Assembly: GCA_018826895.1 (NCBI GenBank)
Contig: JAHJYA010000108.1
Location: 1,713-65,712 of the forward strand
Reading direction: 5' to 3'
From: Gammaproteobacteria bacterium
Lineage (GTDB): Bacteria; Pseudomonadota; Gammaproteobacteria; Pseudomonadales; Pseudomonadaceae
Length of the DNA stretch: 64,000 nucleotides
Position 1 is the stretch's first letter. The number at the start of each line of letters is the position of its first letter. The position numbers and the translations under genes are program-made. This document shows, piece by piece, positions 1 through 11,473 of the stretch. The notes beneath the pieces were generated by a model that saw only the letters and a program-made list of their open reading frames with translations, was not told the DNA's origin and did no database searches.

Positions 1-312
1 CGCCTTGTTAGCGGTCACCACATGCTTGCCGTTGTCGATGGCCTGGAGCACCAGCTCCTTGGCCAGGGTGTAACCACCAATCAACTCAACGACGATGTCG
101 ATCTCGGGGTTATTCACCAGCGCGAAGGCATCGCTGGTCATGCTAATACCGGTCGTGTCGTACTGCGGCTTGGGCGAGCGAATCGCAATCTGGGCAACTT
201 CAATACCGCGCCCTGCGCGCCGGGTAATTTCCTCGGCGTTACGCTTGAGTACATTCAACGTACCGCCACCGACGGTACCGAGCCCACAGATGCCTACTTT
301 GACCGGTTTCAC
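1..312 (-). CDS. hom: Homoserine dehydrogenase, 5' part (runs off the left edge of the window)
   Basis: Read by hand, not in the ORF track: GTG at 312, MKPVKVGICGLGTVGGGTLNVLKRNAEEITRRAG, with the Rossmann GxGxVG motif typical of Hom. Confidence 0.92.
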   Translation of the reverse strand, partial: MKPVKVGICGLGTVGGGTLNVLKRNAEEITRRAGRGIEVAQIAIRSPKPQYDTTGISMTSDAFALVNNPEIDIVVELIGGYTLAKELVLQAIDNGKHVVTANKA

Positions 313-457
313 ACTGAACTCCCATCTGCACTGCGTAAAACGGCCGGAGCATGCTCCGGCCGTGGAATAAAAGAGCCGCACCTTACGAAGCGGCTGTTTA
401 ATAGTCAATTGGCGGGGCAGGGTCTGAGCGAAGGAAACGGGAACAGACCCCAGGACC

Positions 458-1183
458 TCACTGCGCGTCGAGCGCCAGCTTGGCCAACTGCGGTGCCGGC
501 TGGTAACCGGGGATCATCTTGCCATTGGCCAGGACGATGGCCGGCGTGCCACTGACACCAATCATCTGTCCCAGCTCGTACTGCTTGGCCACCGGGTTGT
601 CGCACTGCGCGGTATCGACACTCTGACGATTCTTCGCCCGGTTCATCGCCGACTGTTTGTCCTTGGCGCACCAGACGTTGACCAGCTCCTGCGCCGCTGG
701 GCTATTCAGGCCCTGACGCGGGAACGCCACATAACGGACCTCAACGCCAAGGCGGTTGAGTTCCGGCACTTCGCTGTGCAGCTTCTGGCAATAGCCGCAA
801 TCGGTGTCGGTAAACACGGTGATATGGGTCTTGGGCTTATCCGTACCAAACACCACCATCTCGCTGGCCGGGATCGCATCAATCACCTTGGCGATGCCGC
901 GACCCTCTTCCTGCTCGGTCAGGTTGACCGCCTTGCCATCCTTGAACTGGAAAAGGTAGCCCTGCAGCAGAAACTGACCATCGGCACTGGCGTACAGTTG
1001 GCGGCCACCGGTGAGCTGAACCTGATAAACCCCTGGCATCGGGCTCTCGGCAATGGCCTCAATCGGCAGGTCGGGCTGGATCGACTGCAGGTTCTTGCGG
1101 ATCGCCTGATCAGGATCGGCAGCCAGGACAATACTGCTGGCGAGGCCCAGGGCCGCGACGGCGAAAAGACGGGAAACGCGCAT
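458..1183 (-). CDS. dsbC: Thiol:disulfide interchange protein DsbC
   Basis: Signal peptide MRVSRLFAVAALGLASSIVLA, CGYC active site, GTPA cis-Pro loop; downstream of xerD; start moved to ATG 1183. Confidence 0.95.
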   Translation of the reverse strand: MRVSRLFAVAALGLASSIVLAADPDQAIRKNLQSIQPDLPIEAIAESPMPGVYQVQLTGGRQLYASADGQFLLQGYLFQFKDGKAVNLTEQEEGRGIAKVIDAIPASEMVVFGTDKPKTHITVFTDTDCGYCQKLHSEVPELNRLGVEVRYVAFPRQGLNSPAAQELVNVWCAKDKQSAMNRAKNRQSVDTAQCDNPVAKQYELGQMIGVSGTPAIVLANGKMIPGYQPAPQLAKLALDAQ

Positions 1184-1275
1184 GGAAACTCCTGTCGAGC
1201 GACGGACTGTCGAAGATGGGCAAAGCCTACCATAGAAGCACCCAAACACCGACCGCAGGCGGGTAGGCGGTTCTC

Positions 1276-2172
1276 TTAGCCGCGCGGGTGGTGCTGGCTG
1301 TGCAGGGCTTGCAACCGGGCACGGGCGACATGGGTGTAGATCTGCGTAGTCGACAGGTCGCTATGGCCGAGCAGCAGCTGCACCACCCGCAAGTCCGCCC
1401 CATGGTTGAGCAGGTGCGTGGCAAAAGCATGGCGCAGGGTATGGGGCGACAAGCTGCTGGCAATCCCGGCCACCCGCGCATGCAGCTTGATCCGGTGCCA
1501 GAAGGTCTGCCGGGTCATCTGCTCGCCGCGCATGCTGGGAAACAACACATCGCTGGGCCGACCAGCCAACAGCAACGCCCGCGCCTCGCGCTGATAACGC
1601 TCCAGCCACTCGATGGCCTCCTCGCCCAACGGCACCAGACGCTCCTTGCTGCCCTTGCCGAAGACGCGCAGCACACCCTGGCGCAAATTGACCTGCTCCA
1701 GCGTCAACCCGGTCAGTTCGCTGACGCGCAAGCCGCAGGCGTAAAGCACCTCAAGCATCGCCCGATCACGCATGCCCAGCGGATCGTCGGTATCCGGCGC
1801 GGCCAGCAATGCCTCAACATCGGCTTCGGACAACGACTTGGGCAGCGGCCGACCCAACTGCGGCAAATCAACCTGCAGGGTCGGGTCCACTGCAATCACA
1901 CCTTCACGCAGGAGAAAACGGTAAAAGCCGCGCAACCCAGAGATCATCCGCGCCGTGGAGCGCGCCTTGTAGCCCTCATTGACCCGCCAGGCCAGGTGAT
2001 CGAGGATCACCGCCCGCTCTGCCGTGGCCAGCTCGACACCACGCTCCTGTAACCAGCCGTTGAACAGCGCCAGGTCACTGCGGTAGGCCGCACGGGTGTG
2101 AACGGACAAGCCCTTCTCCAGCCACAAGGCCTCGAGAAAGCGATCTATGAGCGGGTGATCAATAGCCGACAT
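1276..2172 (-). CDS. xerD: Site-specific tyrosine recombinase XerD
   Basis: LYACGLRVSEL, HTLRHAFATH and LLGHSDLSTTQIY catalytic motifs; xerD-dsbC synteny. Confidence 0.96.
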   Translation of the reverse strand: MSAIDHPLIDRFLEALWLEKGLSVHTRAAYRSDLALFNGWLQERGVELATAERAVILDHLAWRVNEGYKARSTARMISGLRGFYRFLLREGVIAVDPTLQVDLPQLGRPLPKSLSEADVEALLAAPDTDDPLGMRDRAMLEVLYACGLRVSELTGLTLEQVNLRQGVLRVFGKGSKERLVPLGEEAIEWLERYQREARALLLAGRPSDVLFPSMRGEQMTRQTFWHRIKLHARVAGIASSLSPHTLRHAFATHLLNHGADLRVVQLLLGHSDLSTTQIYTHVARARLQALHSQHHPRG

Positions 2173-2205
2173 ACAGGTCTCCGCGTACCCCGTGCCCCAG
2201 AAACG

Positions 2206-2233
2206 AAAAAAGCAGCCCGTAGGCTGCTTTTTT
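2206..2233. terminator. Bidirectional intrinsic terminator after rplS
   Basis: AAAAAAGCAGCC-CGTA-GGCTGCTTTTTT. Confidence 0.85.
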
Positions 2234-2247
2234 CCGAAAACCGAACC

Positions 2248-2598
2248 TTAGCCCAGTTTTTCCTTGATGCGTGCTGCCTTGCCGGACAGGTCGCGCAGGT
2301 AGTACAGCTTGGCTTTACGAACGTCACCGCGACGCTTCACAGCCAGGCTGTCGACCAGCGGGCTGTAGGTCTGGAAAGTACGCTCTACGCCAACACCGTT
2401 GGAGATTTTGCGAACGGTGAATGCGCTGTTCAGGCCGCGGTTACGCTTGGCGATTACTACGCCCTCGAAAGCCTGCAGACGCTGACGGTCGCCTTCCTTC
2501 ACTTTAACCTGAACGACGATGGTGTCGCCCGGTGCGAAAGTCGGGATCTCTTTGCTCATCTGCTCAGCTTCGATCTGCTGAATGATCTTGTTGGTCAT
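2248..2598 (-). CDS. rplS: 50S ribosomal protein L19
   Basis: [16 protein letters not shown]...[14 protein letters not shown] signature; last gene of the operon. Confidence 0.99.
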   Translation of the reverse strand: MTNKIIQQIEAEQMSKEIPTFAPGDTIVVQVKVKEGDRQRLQAFEGVVIAKRNRGLNSAFTVRKISNGVGVERTFQTYSPLVDSLAVKRRGDVRKAKLYYLRDLSGKAARIKEKLG

Positions 2599-2640
2599 GC
2601 TGCGCTCCTAAGACAGGCAATCAGGCCTGCCATCGATACG

Positions 2641-3393
2641 TTAACTATCGTCCCGCTGGCGGATGTATTCCTCCAGCAGCTTCTTCTCTTCTCCAGAAAG
2701 CGAGCGGCTTTCCAGAAGATCGACGCGTCGTTCGTAGGTCCGACCAAGGGACTGCTGCAAACGCCAGCGCCGGATGTGTTCGTGGTTACCGCTGAGCAGC
2801 ACCTCGGGAACACGTTTATCCGCATACACCTCCGGGCGGGTGTAGTGCGGGCAGTCGAGCAAGCCGTCCGTAAAGGAGTCTTCCTCGGCCGAGTCTGCAT
2901 GACCCAATGCACCAGGCAAAAGGCGCGTTACCGCATCGATCAGCACCATGGCCGGCAGCTCACCGCCAGACAGGACGTAATCCCCGATCGACCATTCCTC
3001 ATCGACATGCGCCTCAATAAAGCGCTCGTCGATGCCTTCGTAGCGGCCGGCGATCAGGATCAACGCATCCTCGTTCGCCAGCTCGCGTACTGCCGCCTGC
3101 GTCAGCGGGCGACCTTGCGGCGACAGATAAATCACCTTCGCGGCTCCGCTAGTGGCCTGCTTGGCATTGAGCAAAGCATCCTCAAGCGGCTTGATCTTCA
3201 TCACCATGCCGGGGCCGCCACCGAAGGGGCGATCATCGACCGTATGATGACGATCAGTGGTGTAGCTGCGCGGGTTCCAGCAGGTCAATTGCAACAACCC
3301 CTGTTTCACCGCACGGCTGGTGATGCCGTACTCACTAATGGCAGCAAACATTTCCGGGAACAGCGTGATGACGTCTACGCGCAGATTCGGCAT
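2641..3393 (-). CDS. trmD: tRNA (guanine37-N1)-methyltransferase
   Basis: [32 protein letters not shown] motifs. Confidence 0.99.
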   Translation of the reverse strand: MPNLRVDVITLFPEMFAAISEYGITSRAVKQGLLQLTCWNPRSYTTDRHHTVDDRPFGGGPGMVMKIKPLEDALLNAKQATSGAAKVIYLSPQGRPLTQAAVRELANEDALILIAGRYEGIDERFIEAHVDEEWSIGDYVLSGGELPAMVLIDAVTRLLPGALGHADSAEEDSFTDGLLDCPHYTRPEVYADKRVPEVLLSGNHEHIRRWRLQQSLGRTYERRVDLLESRSLSGEEKKLLEEYIRQRDDS

Positions 3394-3398
3394 CAGGC

Positions 3399-3935
3399 TT
3401 AGAAGTCCGCATCCCAGTCGACCTGCATCTCGCCAGCGGCCAGGTCAATCGACAGCACACATTGCCCGGTATAGGGCAACAGGCGTTCACGATCATCCAG
3501 ACTGCCCGCACAGGGCTTGACCACCATTACATCGTTGGCACCAGTCTCGAACAGATGATCGACCGTGCCGAGCAATTGCCCTGCCTGATCAATGACCTTG
3601 AGACCTTCCAGCTGATACCAGTAAAACTCGCCATCGCTCAGATCAGGCAGCTGGCTGCGCGGAACACAGATCTCGAAGCCGGCGTAGGTACGCGCCACTT
3701 CACGATCATCAAGCCCCTTGAGCTTTGCTACCAGAACCTTGCCTTGCAAGCGTCCACTGGCTAATTCAACCTGCTTTACCTCGTGGTCACGCCGAAGCGT
3801 CCAGCGAGGATAATCGAGCACGCTGGTCAAAGGATCGGTAAAGGAATACACCTTCACATCCCCTTTTATGCCATGCACCGAAACAATCTTGCCGAGTACG
3901 ACGAGGTCTTCGGCGGGAGCTGGCGACATGCTCAT
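3399..3935 (-). CDS. rimM: Ribosome maturation factor RimM
   Basis: [26 protein letters not shown]; alternative start ATG 3929. Confidence 0.97.
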   Translation of the reverse strand: MSMSPAPAEDLVVLGKIVSVHGIKGDVKVYSFTDPLTSVLDYPRWTLRRDHEVKQVELASGRLQGKVLVAKLKGLDDREVARTYAGFEICVPRSQLPDLSDGEFYWYQLEGLKVIDQAGQLLGTVDHLFETGANDVMVVKPCAGSLDDRERLLPYTGQCVLSIDLAAGEMQVDWDADF

Positions 3936-3943
3936 AAGGATGC

Positions 3944-4195
3944 TTAGGCAGCAGCCTTAGCAGCTTCCTTGAGCAGCTGAGCAACGCGCTCAGACGGCTG
4001 TGCACCTTGAGCGAGCCAGTAAGTGGCACGTTCCTGGTCAACGGACAGCTTGATTTCTGCGCCGGTAGCAACCGGATTGAAGAAACCGATACGCTCGACG
4101 AAGCGACCATCGCGCGCATTGCGGCTGTTGGTCACGGTCAGGTGGTAAAAGGGGCGCTTTTTAGAGCCGCCACGGGCAAGACGGATGGTTACCAT
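3944..4195 (-). CDS. rpsP: 30S ribosomal protein S16
   Basis: [17 protein letters not shown]; start set at ATG 4195. Confidence 0.99.
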   Translation of the reverse strand: MVTIRLARGGSKKRPFYHLTVTNSRNARDGRFVERIGFFNPVATGAEIKLSVDQERATYWLAQGAQPSERVAQLLKEAAKAAA

Positions 4196-4268
4196 TAAAC
4201 TTCGTTCCTGTAGTCGGTGCTGCAAAACTGAAATGCACGCATAGGGCACTAGGCCCGAAAGGCCGCAT

Positions 4269-4297
4269 ATTCTAAGGATTATCCGGACATTTGCAAA
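4269..4297 (-). promoter_or_regulatory. Predicted sigma70 promoter of the rpsP operon
   Basis: Minus strand TTTGCA/TTGCAA, 16-17 nt, TAGAAT, then GC-rich discriminator-like ATGCGGCC. Confidence 0.6.
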
Positions 4298-4354
4298 TGT
4301 CTTTTTCGACCAGCCGGATAGGTGGGACCCGGCGCAGCATGCGCCGGTTTGACA

Positions 4355-5737
4355 TCAACGCTTGGGCAAACCGCCAAGACCGCCGGGCAGCATGCCGCCC
4401 ATACCGCGCATCATCTTGGCCATGCCGCCCTTGGCGGTGAATTTCTTCATCATCTTCTGCATCTGTTTGTGCTGCTTGATCAGCCGCCCGATGTCCTGCA
4501 CCTGGGTACCAGAACCCATGGCAATGCGGCGCTTGCGCGAACCGCTGATCAGCTCTGGATCACGGCGCTCAGCCGGGGTCATGGAGTTGATGATCGCTTC
4601 CATCTGCTTGAACTGCTTCTCGGCCGCGCCCTGGGCACCGCCCATTTGGGCCAGATTGACGCCGCCCATCTGCGGCAGCTTGTCCATCAGGCCACCGAGG
4701 CCGCCCATGCTTTTCATCTGGATCAGCTGATCGCGGAAGTCTTCAAGGTCGAAGCCCTTGCCTTTCTTCAGCTTATTGGTGAGCTTCTGCGCCTTATCCC
4801 GATCCAGGGTCTGCTCGGCCTGTTCGATCAGGCTGAGCACGTCACCCATACCAAGGATGCGCGAAGCGATACGGTCCGGGTGGAAGGGTTCGAGCGCGTC
4901 GCTCTTCTCGCCCATACCGATAAACTTGATCGGCTTGCCGGTGATATGGCGAACCGACAGGGCCGCACCACCGCGCGCATCACCATCGACCTTGGTCAGC
5001 ACTACGCCGGTCAGCGGCAACGCGTCGTTGAACGCCTTGGCCGTATTGGCCGCATCCTGGCCGGTCATGGCGTCGACCACGAACAGGGTTTCCGCCGGCT
5101 TGACCGCGGCATGCAGCGCCTGGATCTCGGCCATCATCTCGGCATTGATGGCCAGGCGACCGGCGGTATCCACCAGTACCACATCAATGAACTTGAGTTT
5201 GGCTTCACGGATTGCCGCTTCCGCGATCGCGATCGGCTTTTGGCTGATATCGGAGGGGAAGAAGGTGACACCGACTTCAGCAGCCAGGGTTTCCAGCTGC
5301 TTGATCGCAGCAGGCCGGTAAACGTCAGCCGAGACCACCATTACGGTCTTCTTCTTGCGCTCTTTGAGGAAGCGCGCCAGCTTGCCCACGGTGGTGGTCT
5401 TGCCCGCCCCCTGCAGGCCGGCCATCAGCACCACGGCCGGCGGCGTGACATTCAGTGCGAGGTCTTCGTTGGCCGCACCCATCAGGCCTTCCAGCTCGGC
5501 CTGGACGATCTTCACGAAGGCCTGGCCAGGGGTCAGGCTGCGCGACACTTCGGTGCCGACCGCACGATCCCGGACCTTATTGACGAAGTCCTTGACCACC
5601 GGCAGCGCGACGTCTGCTTCGAGCAGCGCCATGCGCACTTCGCGCAGCGTGTCCTTGATATTGTCTTCGGTCAGCTTGGCCTTGCCAGTGACGTTTCGTA
5701 GGCTCTGCGAGAGACGGTCTGTCAGATTTTCGAACAT
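4355..5737 (-). CDS. ffh: Signal recognition particle protein Ffh
   Basis: MFENLTDRL start, GLQGAGKTT, DTAGR, TKVDGDARGG, Met-rich M domain. Confidence 0.99.
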   Translation of the reverse strand: MFENLTDRLSQSLRNVTGKAKLTEDNIKDTLREVRMALLEADVALPVVKDFVNKVRDRAVGTEVSRSLTPGQAFVKIVQAELEGLMGAANEDLALNVTPPAVVLMAGLQGAGKTTTVGKLARFLKERKKKTVMVVSADVYRPAAIKQLETLAAEVGVTFFPSDISQKPIAIAEAAIREAKLKFIDVVLVDTAGRLAINAEMMAEIQALHAAVKPAETLFVVDAMTGQDAANTAKAFNDALPLTGVVLTKVDGDARGGAALSVRHITGKPIKFIGMGEKSDALEPFHPDRIASRILGMGDVLSLIEQAEQTLDRDKAQKLTNKLKKGKGFDLEDFRDQLIQMKSMGGLGGLMDKLPQMGGVNLAQMGGAQGAAEKQFKQMEAIINSMTPAERRDPELISGSRKRRIAMGSGTQVQDIGRLIKQHKQMQKMMKKFTAKGGMAKMMRGMGGMLPGGLGGLPKR

Positions 5738-5891
5738 GCAGGTTCCTTTCAGGCCGACGGCCGAGGCGGTGGTCATGCAGCAAGCCGCAGATTATAACCA
5801 ACTGCCCGCCCCACCGACACAGCCAGCAGTCTTTCGTCAATTCGGCAGCTATGCCACACTCAGGCCTTTCGGGCTCGCCTCTCCAGGATTT

Positions 5892-6692
5892 ATGCACCCT
5901 TTGTTCCCCAGCCTCGCGGCTGCCTGCCTGTATTTCGGCGCCACCGCCTACCAGGGCCGCCACCTGATCCGTCGCAGCACACCCGACAAACGCCTATTGG
6001 CCATCCTCGGCGTGCTCGCCCTGCTGCTGCATGGCGCCAGCCTTTATATGCAGATGCTCAATAGCGCCGGTATGACCCTGGACTTTTTCAATGCCGCCAG
6101 CCTGATCGCCTTTGCCGTCATCGCCCTGATCCTGCTGGCCTGCCGCAATCTGCCAGTGGACAACCTGCTGCTGCCGCTCTTCCCACTGGGCGCACTGACC
6201 GTACTGCTGGCCCAGTTCATGCCATCAGGCACGCTCCAGCCACTGGATGAAGAGCCGGGCATTCTGGCGCACATCCTGCTGTCGATCATGGCCTACGGCA
6301 TGCTGACCATTGCGGTGTTTCAGGCGTTGTTACTGCTTTTGCAGGATCACCAACTCAAACACAAGCACCCCTCCGGGCTGATTCGCAACTTTCCTCCCCT
6401 GCAAACCATGGAAAGCCTGCTGTTCGGTTTTCTCTGGGCAGGTTGGGCGCTGCTCTCGCTGTCGCTGCTCTCCGGCGCGTTGTTTATCGACGATCTGTTC
6501 GCCCAGCATCTGGTGCACAAGACCATCCTCTCGTGCTTTGCCTGGGTGGTGTTCGCGGTGCTGCTCTGGGGCCGCCACCAACTCGGCTGGCGTGGCCACA
6601 AAGCGATTCGCTGGACCCTGGCAGGCTTCTGCCTGCTGATGCTGGCCTACTTCGGCAGCAAGCTGGTCCGTGAATTCATCCTGCACATCTAA
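5892..6692 (+). CDS. ypjD: Inner-membrane protein YpjD (CcsA/cytochrome c assembly family)
   Basis: About 8 hydrophobic helices, HKTILS and LAYFGSK motifs; divergent from ffh; start ATG 5892. Confidence 0.85.
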   Translation: MHPLFPSLAAACLYFGATAYQGRHLIRRSTPDKRLLAILGVLALLLHGASLYMQMLNSAGMTLDFFNAASLIAFAVIALILLACRNLPVDNLLLPLFPLGALTVLLAQFMPSGTLQPLDEEPGILAHILLSIMAYGMLTIAVFQALLLLLQDHQLKHKHPSGLIRNFPPLQTMESLLFGFLWAGWALLSLSLLSGALFIDDLFAQHLVHKTILSCFAWVVFAVLLWGRHQLGWRGHKAIRWTLAGFCLLMLAYFGSKLVREFILHI

Positions 6693-6712
6693 TCAAGCCC
6701 AAAGGCATTTTC

Positions 6713-8008
6713 GTGGACAACGCACACCCTGGCTTTCTGATCGGCCTGCTGGTCTTTCTGCTGGCCTGCTCGGCATTCTTTTCCAGCTCCGAGACTGGCA
6801 TTCTCAGCCTCAATCGCTACCGCCTGCGCCACATGGCCAAGGAAGGACACCGCGGCGCCAAGCGCGTCAGCGCCCTGCTCAGCCGCCCAGACCGGTTGCT
6901 GGGCACCATTCTGATCGGCAACAACTTCGTCAACATTCTCGCTTCCTCGATCGCCACCGTTCTGGCGATCAAGCTATATGGCGAGGCCGGAATCGCCATC
7001 GCCACCCTGGGCCTGACCATCGCCCTGCTGATCTTCGGTGAAATCACCCCCAAGACCCTGGCCGCCCTGCACCCGGAGAAAGTCGCCTACCCGGCCAGCC
7101 TGCCGCTGCAGGTGCTACTCAAGCTGTTCTACCCGCTGGTGATTTCCCTCGGCTGGATCAGCAACGGTCTGCTGCGCCTGCTCGGGGTAGATCCGGCAAG
7201 CAAAAGCAATGACGCGCTGACCACAGAAGAGCTGCGCAGCGTGGTGCGTGAGTCTGGCCATGAGCTGCCGAAGAACCGCCAGAGCATGCTGCTGGGCATC
7301 CTCGACCTGGAGCGGGTCACGGTCAACGACATCATGATCCCGCGCAACGAGGTCATCGGCATCAACCTGCAGGACGACCTGACGACCATCATCGACCAAC
7401 TGCGCACCACGACCCACACCCGTCTGCCGGTGTTCGAACAGGACATCAACCAGATCAAGGGCATCGTGCACATGCGTCAGCTGGCCCGGCTGCTGACTCA
7501 CGATCAGTTGACCAAGGAGTCGTTGCTGGCGACCTGCAGCGAGCCCTACTTCGTCCCGGAAAGCACACCGCTGTCGACCCAGCTGTTCAACTTCCAGAAG
7601 CAGAAGCGGCGCATCGGCATTGTGGTCGACGAATACGGTGACGTGATTGGCATCGTCACCCTGGAAGATATCCTCGAAGAGATCGTCGGCGACTTCAATA
7701 ATCAGGACACCCTGCGCAGCCCCGACATCCACCCCCAGGAAGACGGCACCCAGGTCATCGACGGCGCGGCCTATATTCGCGAGATCAACAAGGCGCTTGG
7801 CTGGCACCTGCCAATCGACGGCCCCAAGACCCTCAACGGCCTGATCACCGAAGCCATGGAGAGCATTCCGGAAAGTGCGGTGTGCTTGAAGATCGGCGGC
7901 TATCGCCTGGAGATTCTGCAGTCATCGGATAACCGGGTAAAAAGCGTGCGCGCCTGGAAAGCCACCGACAAACTCAGCAGTGACGAGCCAGACGGGCAAC
8001 AGGACTAA
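6713..8008 (+). CDS. HlyC/CorC (CNNM) family transporter: DUF21, two CBS, CorC domains
   Basis: SAFFSSSETG, GEITPK, VVDEYG, LEDILEEIVG motifs. Confidence 0.92.
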   Translation: MDNAHPGFLIGLLVFLLACSAFFSSSETGILSLNRYRLRHMAKEGHRGAKRVSALLSRPDRLLGTILIGNNFVNILASSIATVLAIKLYGEAGIAIATLGLTIALLIFGEITPKTLAALHPEKVAYPASLPLQVLLKLFYPLVISLGWISNGLLRLLGVDPASKSNDALTTEELRSVVRESGHELPKNRQSMLLGILDLERVTVNDIMIPRNEVIGINLQDDLTTIIDQLRTTTHTRLPVFEQDINQIKGIVHMRQLARLLTHDQLTKESLLATCSEPYFVPESTPLSTQLFNFQKQKRRIGIVVDEYGDVIGIVTLEDILEEIVGDFNNQDTLRSPDIHPQEDGTQVIDGAAYIREINKALGWHLPIDGPKTLNGLITEAMESIPESAVCLKIGGYRLEILQSSDNRVKSVRAWKATDKLSSDEPDGQQD

Positions 8009-8016
8009 GCAGCCGC

Positions 8017-8739
8017 TCAGTCCTCCAGCTGCGCCGCCAGCCCCTGGGCCCAGACCCGATAACCCGCTGCCGACGGATGAAAGCCGTCGAGCGCCAGGTA
8101 ATCACCCTGAAACGGCAACGCCAGGGCCAGATGCTGTACCGCCTCGCTGAACGCGACCTCACGCGCTACAGCATCGAGCAGGCGAGCCCTGGCACCCAAC
8201 ACCCGCCGCAACAGCCATGGCAACGCGCGAAAATGCTGCAGCGGCGGCACCGCCGTCAGCGCCACACGCTGCCCACTCTTCCCCAGCGCCCGACACAGGC
8301 AAAGCAACGCCTGACGCCATGCGGCAATAGAAGTCAGTTGCGTGGTGTCGTTAACCCCGAAGACCAGCACCACCCAATCCGCGGCGATGCCCTGCACTTC
8401 AGGTAACAGGCGACTGACGGCTTGGCCGGCAGTCAGGCCGTTCTCTCCGTAAAGCTGCCACAGCACCGGACGCTGCAGACGCTCAGCCAACGCGCGCGCC
8501 AACTGCGCCGCCAGCGCGTCATCCAGCTGTTCGACACCCACACCGACGACGGGCGACTCGCCCACTAGCAGCACGCGCAAAGGCATGCCTGGATGCTCGG
8601 TACCCACGGCGCCCTCTCGGGCTCCGGCAGCCGCCGGCAGACGCAAGGCCTGCCGGCGAGTGACCCGTGCCAGCGGGATAAGCACGGGCAGCAATGGCAG
8701 GGTCAGCGCCCACCAGCGTGCCGCGCGCCAGCGGCTCAC
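8017..8739 (-). CDS. SGNH/GDSL family hydrolase
   Basis: VGES block I, GVND block III, DGFHP block V; start overlaps the purT stop. Confidence 0.85.
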   Translation of the reverse strand: MSRWRAARWWALTLPLLPVLIPLARVTRRQALRLPAAAGAREGAVGTEHPGMPLRVLLVGESPVVGVGVEQLDDALAAQLARALAERLQRPVLWQLYGENGLTAGQAVSRLLPEVQGIAADWVVLVFGVNDTTQLTSIAAWRQALLCLCRALGKSGQRVALTAVPPLQHFRALPWLLRRVLGARARLLDAVAREVAFSEAVQHLALALPFQGDYLALDGFHPSAAGYRVWAQGLAAQLED

Positions 8740-9917
8740 AGCTCGACGTTGACCGCCTGCGCCGCGCGGGTTGCCTTGGCCCGTGCGGTCTCCAGCGAAG
8801 TGTCCCGCGCCAAGGCCACACCCATGCGTCGCTGACCACTGACCTCGGGCTTGCCGAACAGACGCAGCGCCGTATCCGGCTCGGCCAGCGCCGCACTGAG
8901 GTTGCCGAAGCTCACTTGCTGCGACTCACCCTCGACCAGCACTACGGCTGAGGCCGATGGGCCGTGCTGGCGGATCACCGGAATCGGCAGACCGAGAATA
9001 GCGCGGGCATGCAGGGCGAACTCGGAAAGGTCCTGAGAAATCAGGGTCACCAGACCGGTGTCATGGGGGCGTGGCGAAATCTCGCAGAACCACACCTGGT
9101 CGCCCTTGACGAACAGCTCGACGCCAAACAGACCACGACCACCCAGAGAACCGGTCACGGCCAGAGCAATGCGCTCGGCTTCGGCCTGGGCCTTGGGGCT
9201 CATTGGTTGCGGCTGCCAGGACTCCTGGTAGTCGCCCTTGACCTGGCGATGGCCGACCGGCGCGCAGAAAGTGGTACCGCCGGCATGGCGCACGGTCAGC
9301 AAGGCAATCTCGTAATCGAAATCGATAAAGCCTTCAACAATCACCCGACCCTTACCCGCGCGACCACCGGCCTGGGCGTAATCCCAGGCTGGCTGCAGGT
9401 CGGCAGCGCTCTTGAGCACCGACTGGCCCTTGCCCGAAGAGCTCATGATCGGTTTGATCAGGCACGGATAGCCGATGGCCTCCACGGCCGCCTGGCACTC
9501 CTCGAACGAATCAGCGAAGCGGTACGGTGAGGTCGGCAGGCCGAGCTCTTCAGCCGCCAGGCGGCGAATGCCTTCACGGTTCATGGTCAGCTGGGCCGCG
9601 CGAGCACTGGGGATCACGGTGTAGCCTTCATTCTCCAGCTCGACCAGGGTGGCGGTGGCGATGGCTTCGATTTCCGGCACGATGTAGTGTGGTTTTTCCA
9701 GCTCGATCACCGCGCGCAGGGCGGCGCCGTCGAGCATGTTGATCACGTGACTGCGATGCGCCACTTGCATAGCCGGCGCGTTGGCGTAACGGTCCACGGC
9801 GATCACTTCAACGCCGAGGCGCTGCAGCTCGATCACCACTTCCTTACCCAGCTCGCCAGAGCCACAGAGCAATACACGGGTCGCGCTCGGCGACAGCGGG
9901 GTTCCGATACGGGGCAT
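8736..9917 (-). CDS. purT: Formate-dependent phosphoribosylglycinamide formyltransferase
   Basis: [36 protein letters not shown]-grasp motifs. Confidence 0.98.
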   Translation of the reverse strand: MPRIGTPLSPSATRVLLCGSGELGKEVVIELQRLGVEVIAVDRYANAPAMQVAHRSHVINMLDGAALRAVIELEKPHYIVPEIEAIATATLVELENEGYTVIPSARAAQLTMNREGIRRLAAEELGLPTSPYRFADSFEECQAAVEAIGYPCLIKPIMSSSGKGQSVLKSAADLQPAWDYAQAGGRAGKGRVIVEGFIDFDYEIALLTVRHAGGTTFCAPVGHRQVKGDYQESWQPQPMSPKAQAEAERIALAVTGSLGGRGLFGVELFVKGDQVWFCEISPRPHDTGLVTLISQDLSEFALHARAILGLPIPVIRQHGPSASAVVLVEGESQQVSFGNLSAALAEPDTALRLFGKPEVSGQRRMGVALARDTSLETARAKATRAAQAVNVEL

Positions 9918-9998
9918 ACACAGGTTCCTTGATGGGCAGTAAAAGATGGGCCGACTAGGCCCAGGAATCAGTCAAACGAATGGGACAGCGCACAGCAC

Positions 9999-10187
9999 TC
10001 ACAAGAGGATGCCCTTGGCTTCGGCACGCTGGTGGCAGCGCTGCAACACCTCACGCCGCTCGGGGTTGTCCATACGCCCCCAGCGGGTAATTTCCGCCAC
10101 GTTGCGCTGGCAACCGATACAGATGTCGTCCTCATCCAGCGCGCAGACATGCACGCAGGGCGAGGCTACCGGGCGTTCGTCGCTCAT
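9999..10187 (-). CDS. DUF1289 family small Cys-rich protein
   Basis: SPCVHVC...CIGCQR..EI..W pattern; start overlaps the upstream stop. Confidence 0.85.
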   Translation of the reverse strand: MSDERPVASPCVHVCALDEDDICIGCQRNVAEITRWGRMDNPERREVLQRCHQRAEAKGILL

Positions 10188-10711
10188 GCCTCGTCCTGCT
10201 CCTGCAGTTCGCGGGCATAGCGCTCGGCGTTGTGTACGTAGTGCGCGGCACTGGCTTCGAGCATCTTGCGCTGCGCCTCAGTAAGTTCGCGCACGACCTT
10301 GCCGGGCGAGCCGACCACCAGCGAGCCATCGGGTATTTCCTTGCCTTCGGCGATCAGGGTGTTAGCACCGATGATGCAGTACTTGCCGATTTTCGCGCCG
10401 TTGAGCACCACGGCGTTGATGCCGATCAAGCTGTAATCACCGACGCTGCAGCCGTGCAGCATCGCGTTGTGGCCCACGGTAACGCCCTTGCCGAGGGTCA
10501 GCGGGTAACCCATGTCGGTGTGCATGACGCTGCCGTCCTGCACATTGCTGTGCTCGCCGATATGGATCAGCTCGTTGTCGCCACGCAGCACGGCGTTGAA
10601 CCAGACACTGGCGCCGGCCTCGAGGCGCACCTTGCCCACCAGGGTGGCGTTGGGCGCGACCCAGCTGTCGGGATGGGTGTCGACCTGCGATTGTCCCAGG
10701 CGATACTTCAT
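10184..10711 (-). CDS. Gamma carbonic anhydrase family protein
   Basis: Hexapeptide repeats, [22 protein letters not shown] metal His residues. Confidence 0.93.
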   Translation of the reverse strand: MKYRLGQSQVDTHPDSWVAPNATLVGKVRLEAGASVWFNAVLRGDNELIHIGEHSNVQDGSVMHTDMGYPLTLGKGVTVGHNAMLHGCSVGDYSLIGINAVVLNGAKIGKYCIIGANTLIAEGKEIPDGSLVVGSPGKVVRELTEAQRKMLEASAAHYVHNAERYARELQEQDEA

Positions 10712-10726
10712 GGATGCTTCCTCGGC

Positions 10727-11329
10727 TCAGCTCAGCGTAATGAAATGCGCAGGCGGGCGATGCAGCTCGATGCCGGCGTCGTAGACCAAGTTGACCAACT
10801 CGACCAGCATGATCGCCGTCAGCCCCCAGATTTTATAGTCGCCGTAGCGATAGCTGGGCACATACCAACTGTGGCCCTGGTAATCGATACGGTGGGTGGT
10901 TTCGCGCACGTCTTCGCAGAAGAACGCCAGCGGTACGGAAAACACCGCGGCAATTTCGCCGTCGTTCGGTTGGTACTCGACAAAATCCGGAACCAGGCCA
11001 ACATAGGGCGTGACCTGGATACCATGGCGCGACACCAGCGTACTCAACGGCCCGACCACCTCGACCAGCCCCGGCGGCAGACCGATTTCCTCCTCGGCTT
11101 CGCGCAAGGCGGTGCGGATCAGGTCCGGATCTTCCGGGTCGCGCCGACCACCGGGAAAGGCAACCTCACCACCGTGGGTCGACAACCCGCTGGCCCGCAG
11201 GGTAAGCACCACCTCGGGTGCATCGCTGCGCGTGATCGGCACCAGCACCGCCGCTTCGGGAAAATTCCCGTCGGTCCCCAGCAGCCGTGGGCTGTAACCG
11301 CGCACGCGGTGGAGCAGCTCATCGAGCAT
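10727..11329 (-). CDS. CoA pyrophosphatase (NudL-like Nudix)
   Basis: TLRASGLSTHGGEVAFPGG, ALREAEEEIG Nudix box, IWGLTA; start ATG 11329. Confidence 0.92.
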   Translation of the reverse strand: MLDELLHRVRGYSPRLLGTDGNFPEAAVLVPITRSDAPEVVLTLRASGLSTHGGEVAFPGGRRDPEDPDLIRTALREAEEEIGLPPGLVEVVGPLSTLVSRHGIQVTPYVGLVPDFVEYQPNDGEIAAVFSVPLAFFCEDVRETTHRIDYQGHSWYVPSYRYGDYKIWGLTAIMLVELVNLVYDAGIELHRPPAHFITLS

Positions 11330-11473
11330 GATCGTTCTCGCTTTTTTTCTGCCCCGGATGATGGCATGAAAGCAGCGCGACACCCAAGCCCCACGCTACC
11401 TCTAGACCCACCCACAGCGCTTGCCGAGCAGCCCGGCGCACGCCAAGATAGCGACCAGCAAAGAGGACCCTCG

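Noticed and set aside
1276-2172. Tyrosine recombinase as a possible island or prophage integrase
   Set aside because: Housekeeping XerD in its usual xerD-dsbC context; no att sites or phage genes
2098-5701. Long plus-strand ORFs of 434 aa and 459 aa
   Set aside because: Antisense to rplS/trmD and ffh; typical shadow ORFs of high-GC codon usage with no recognisable motifs
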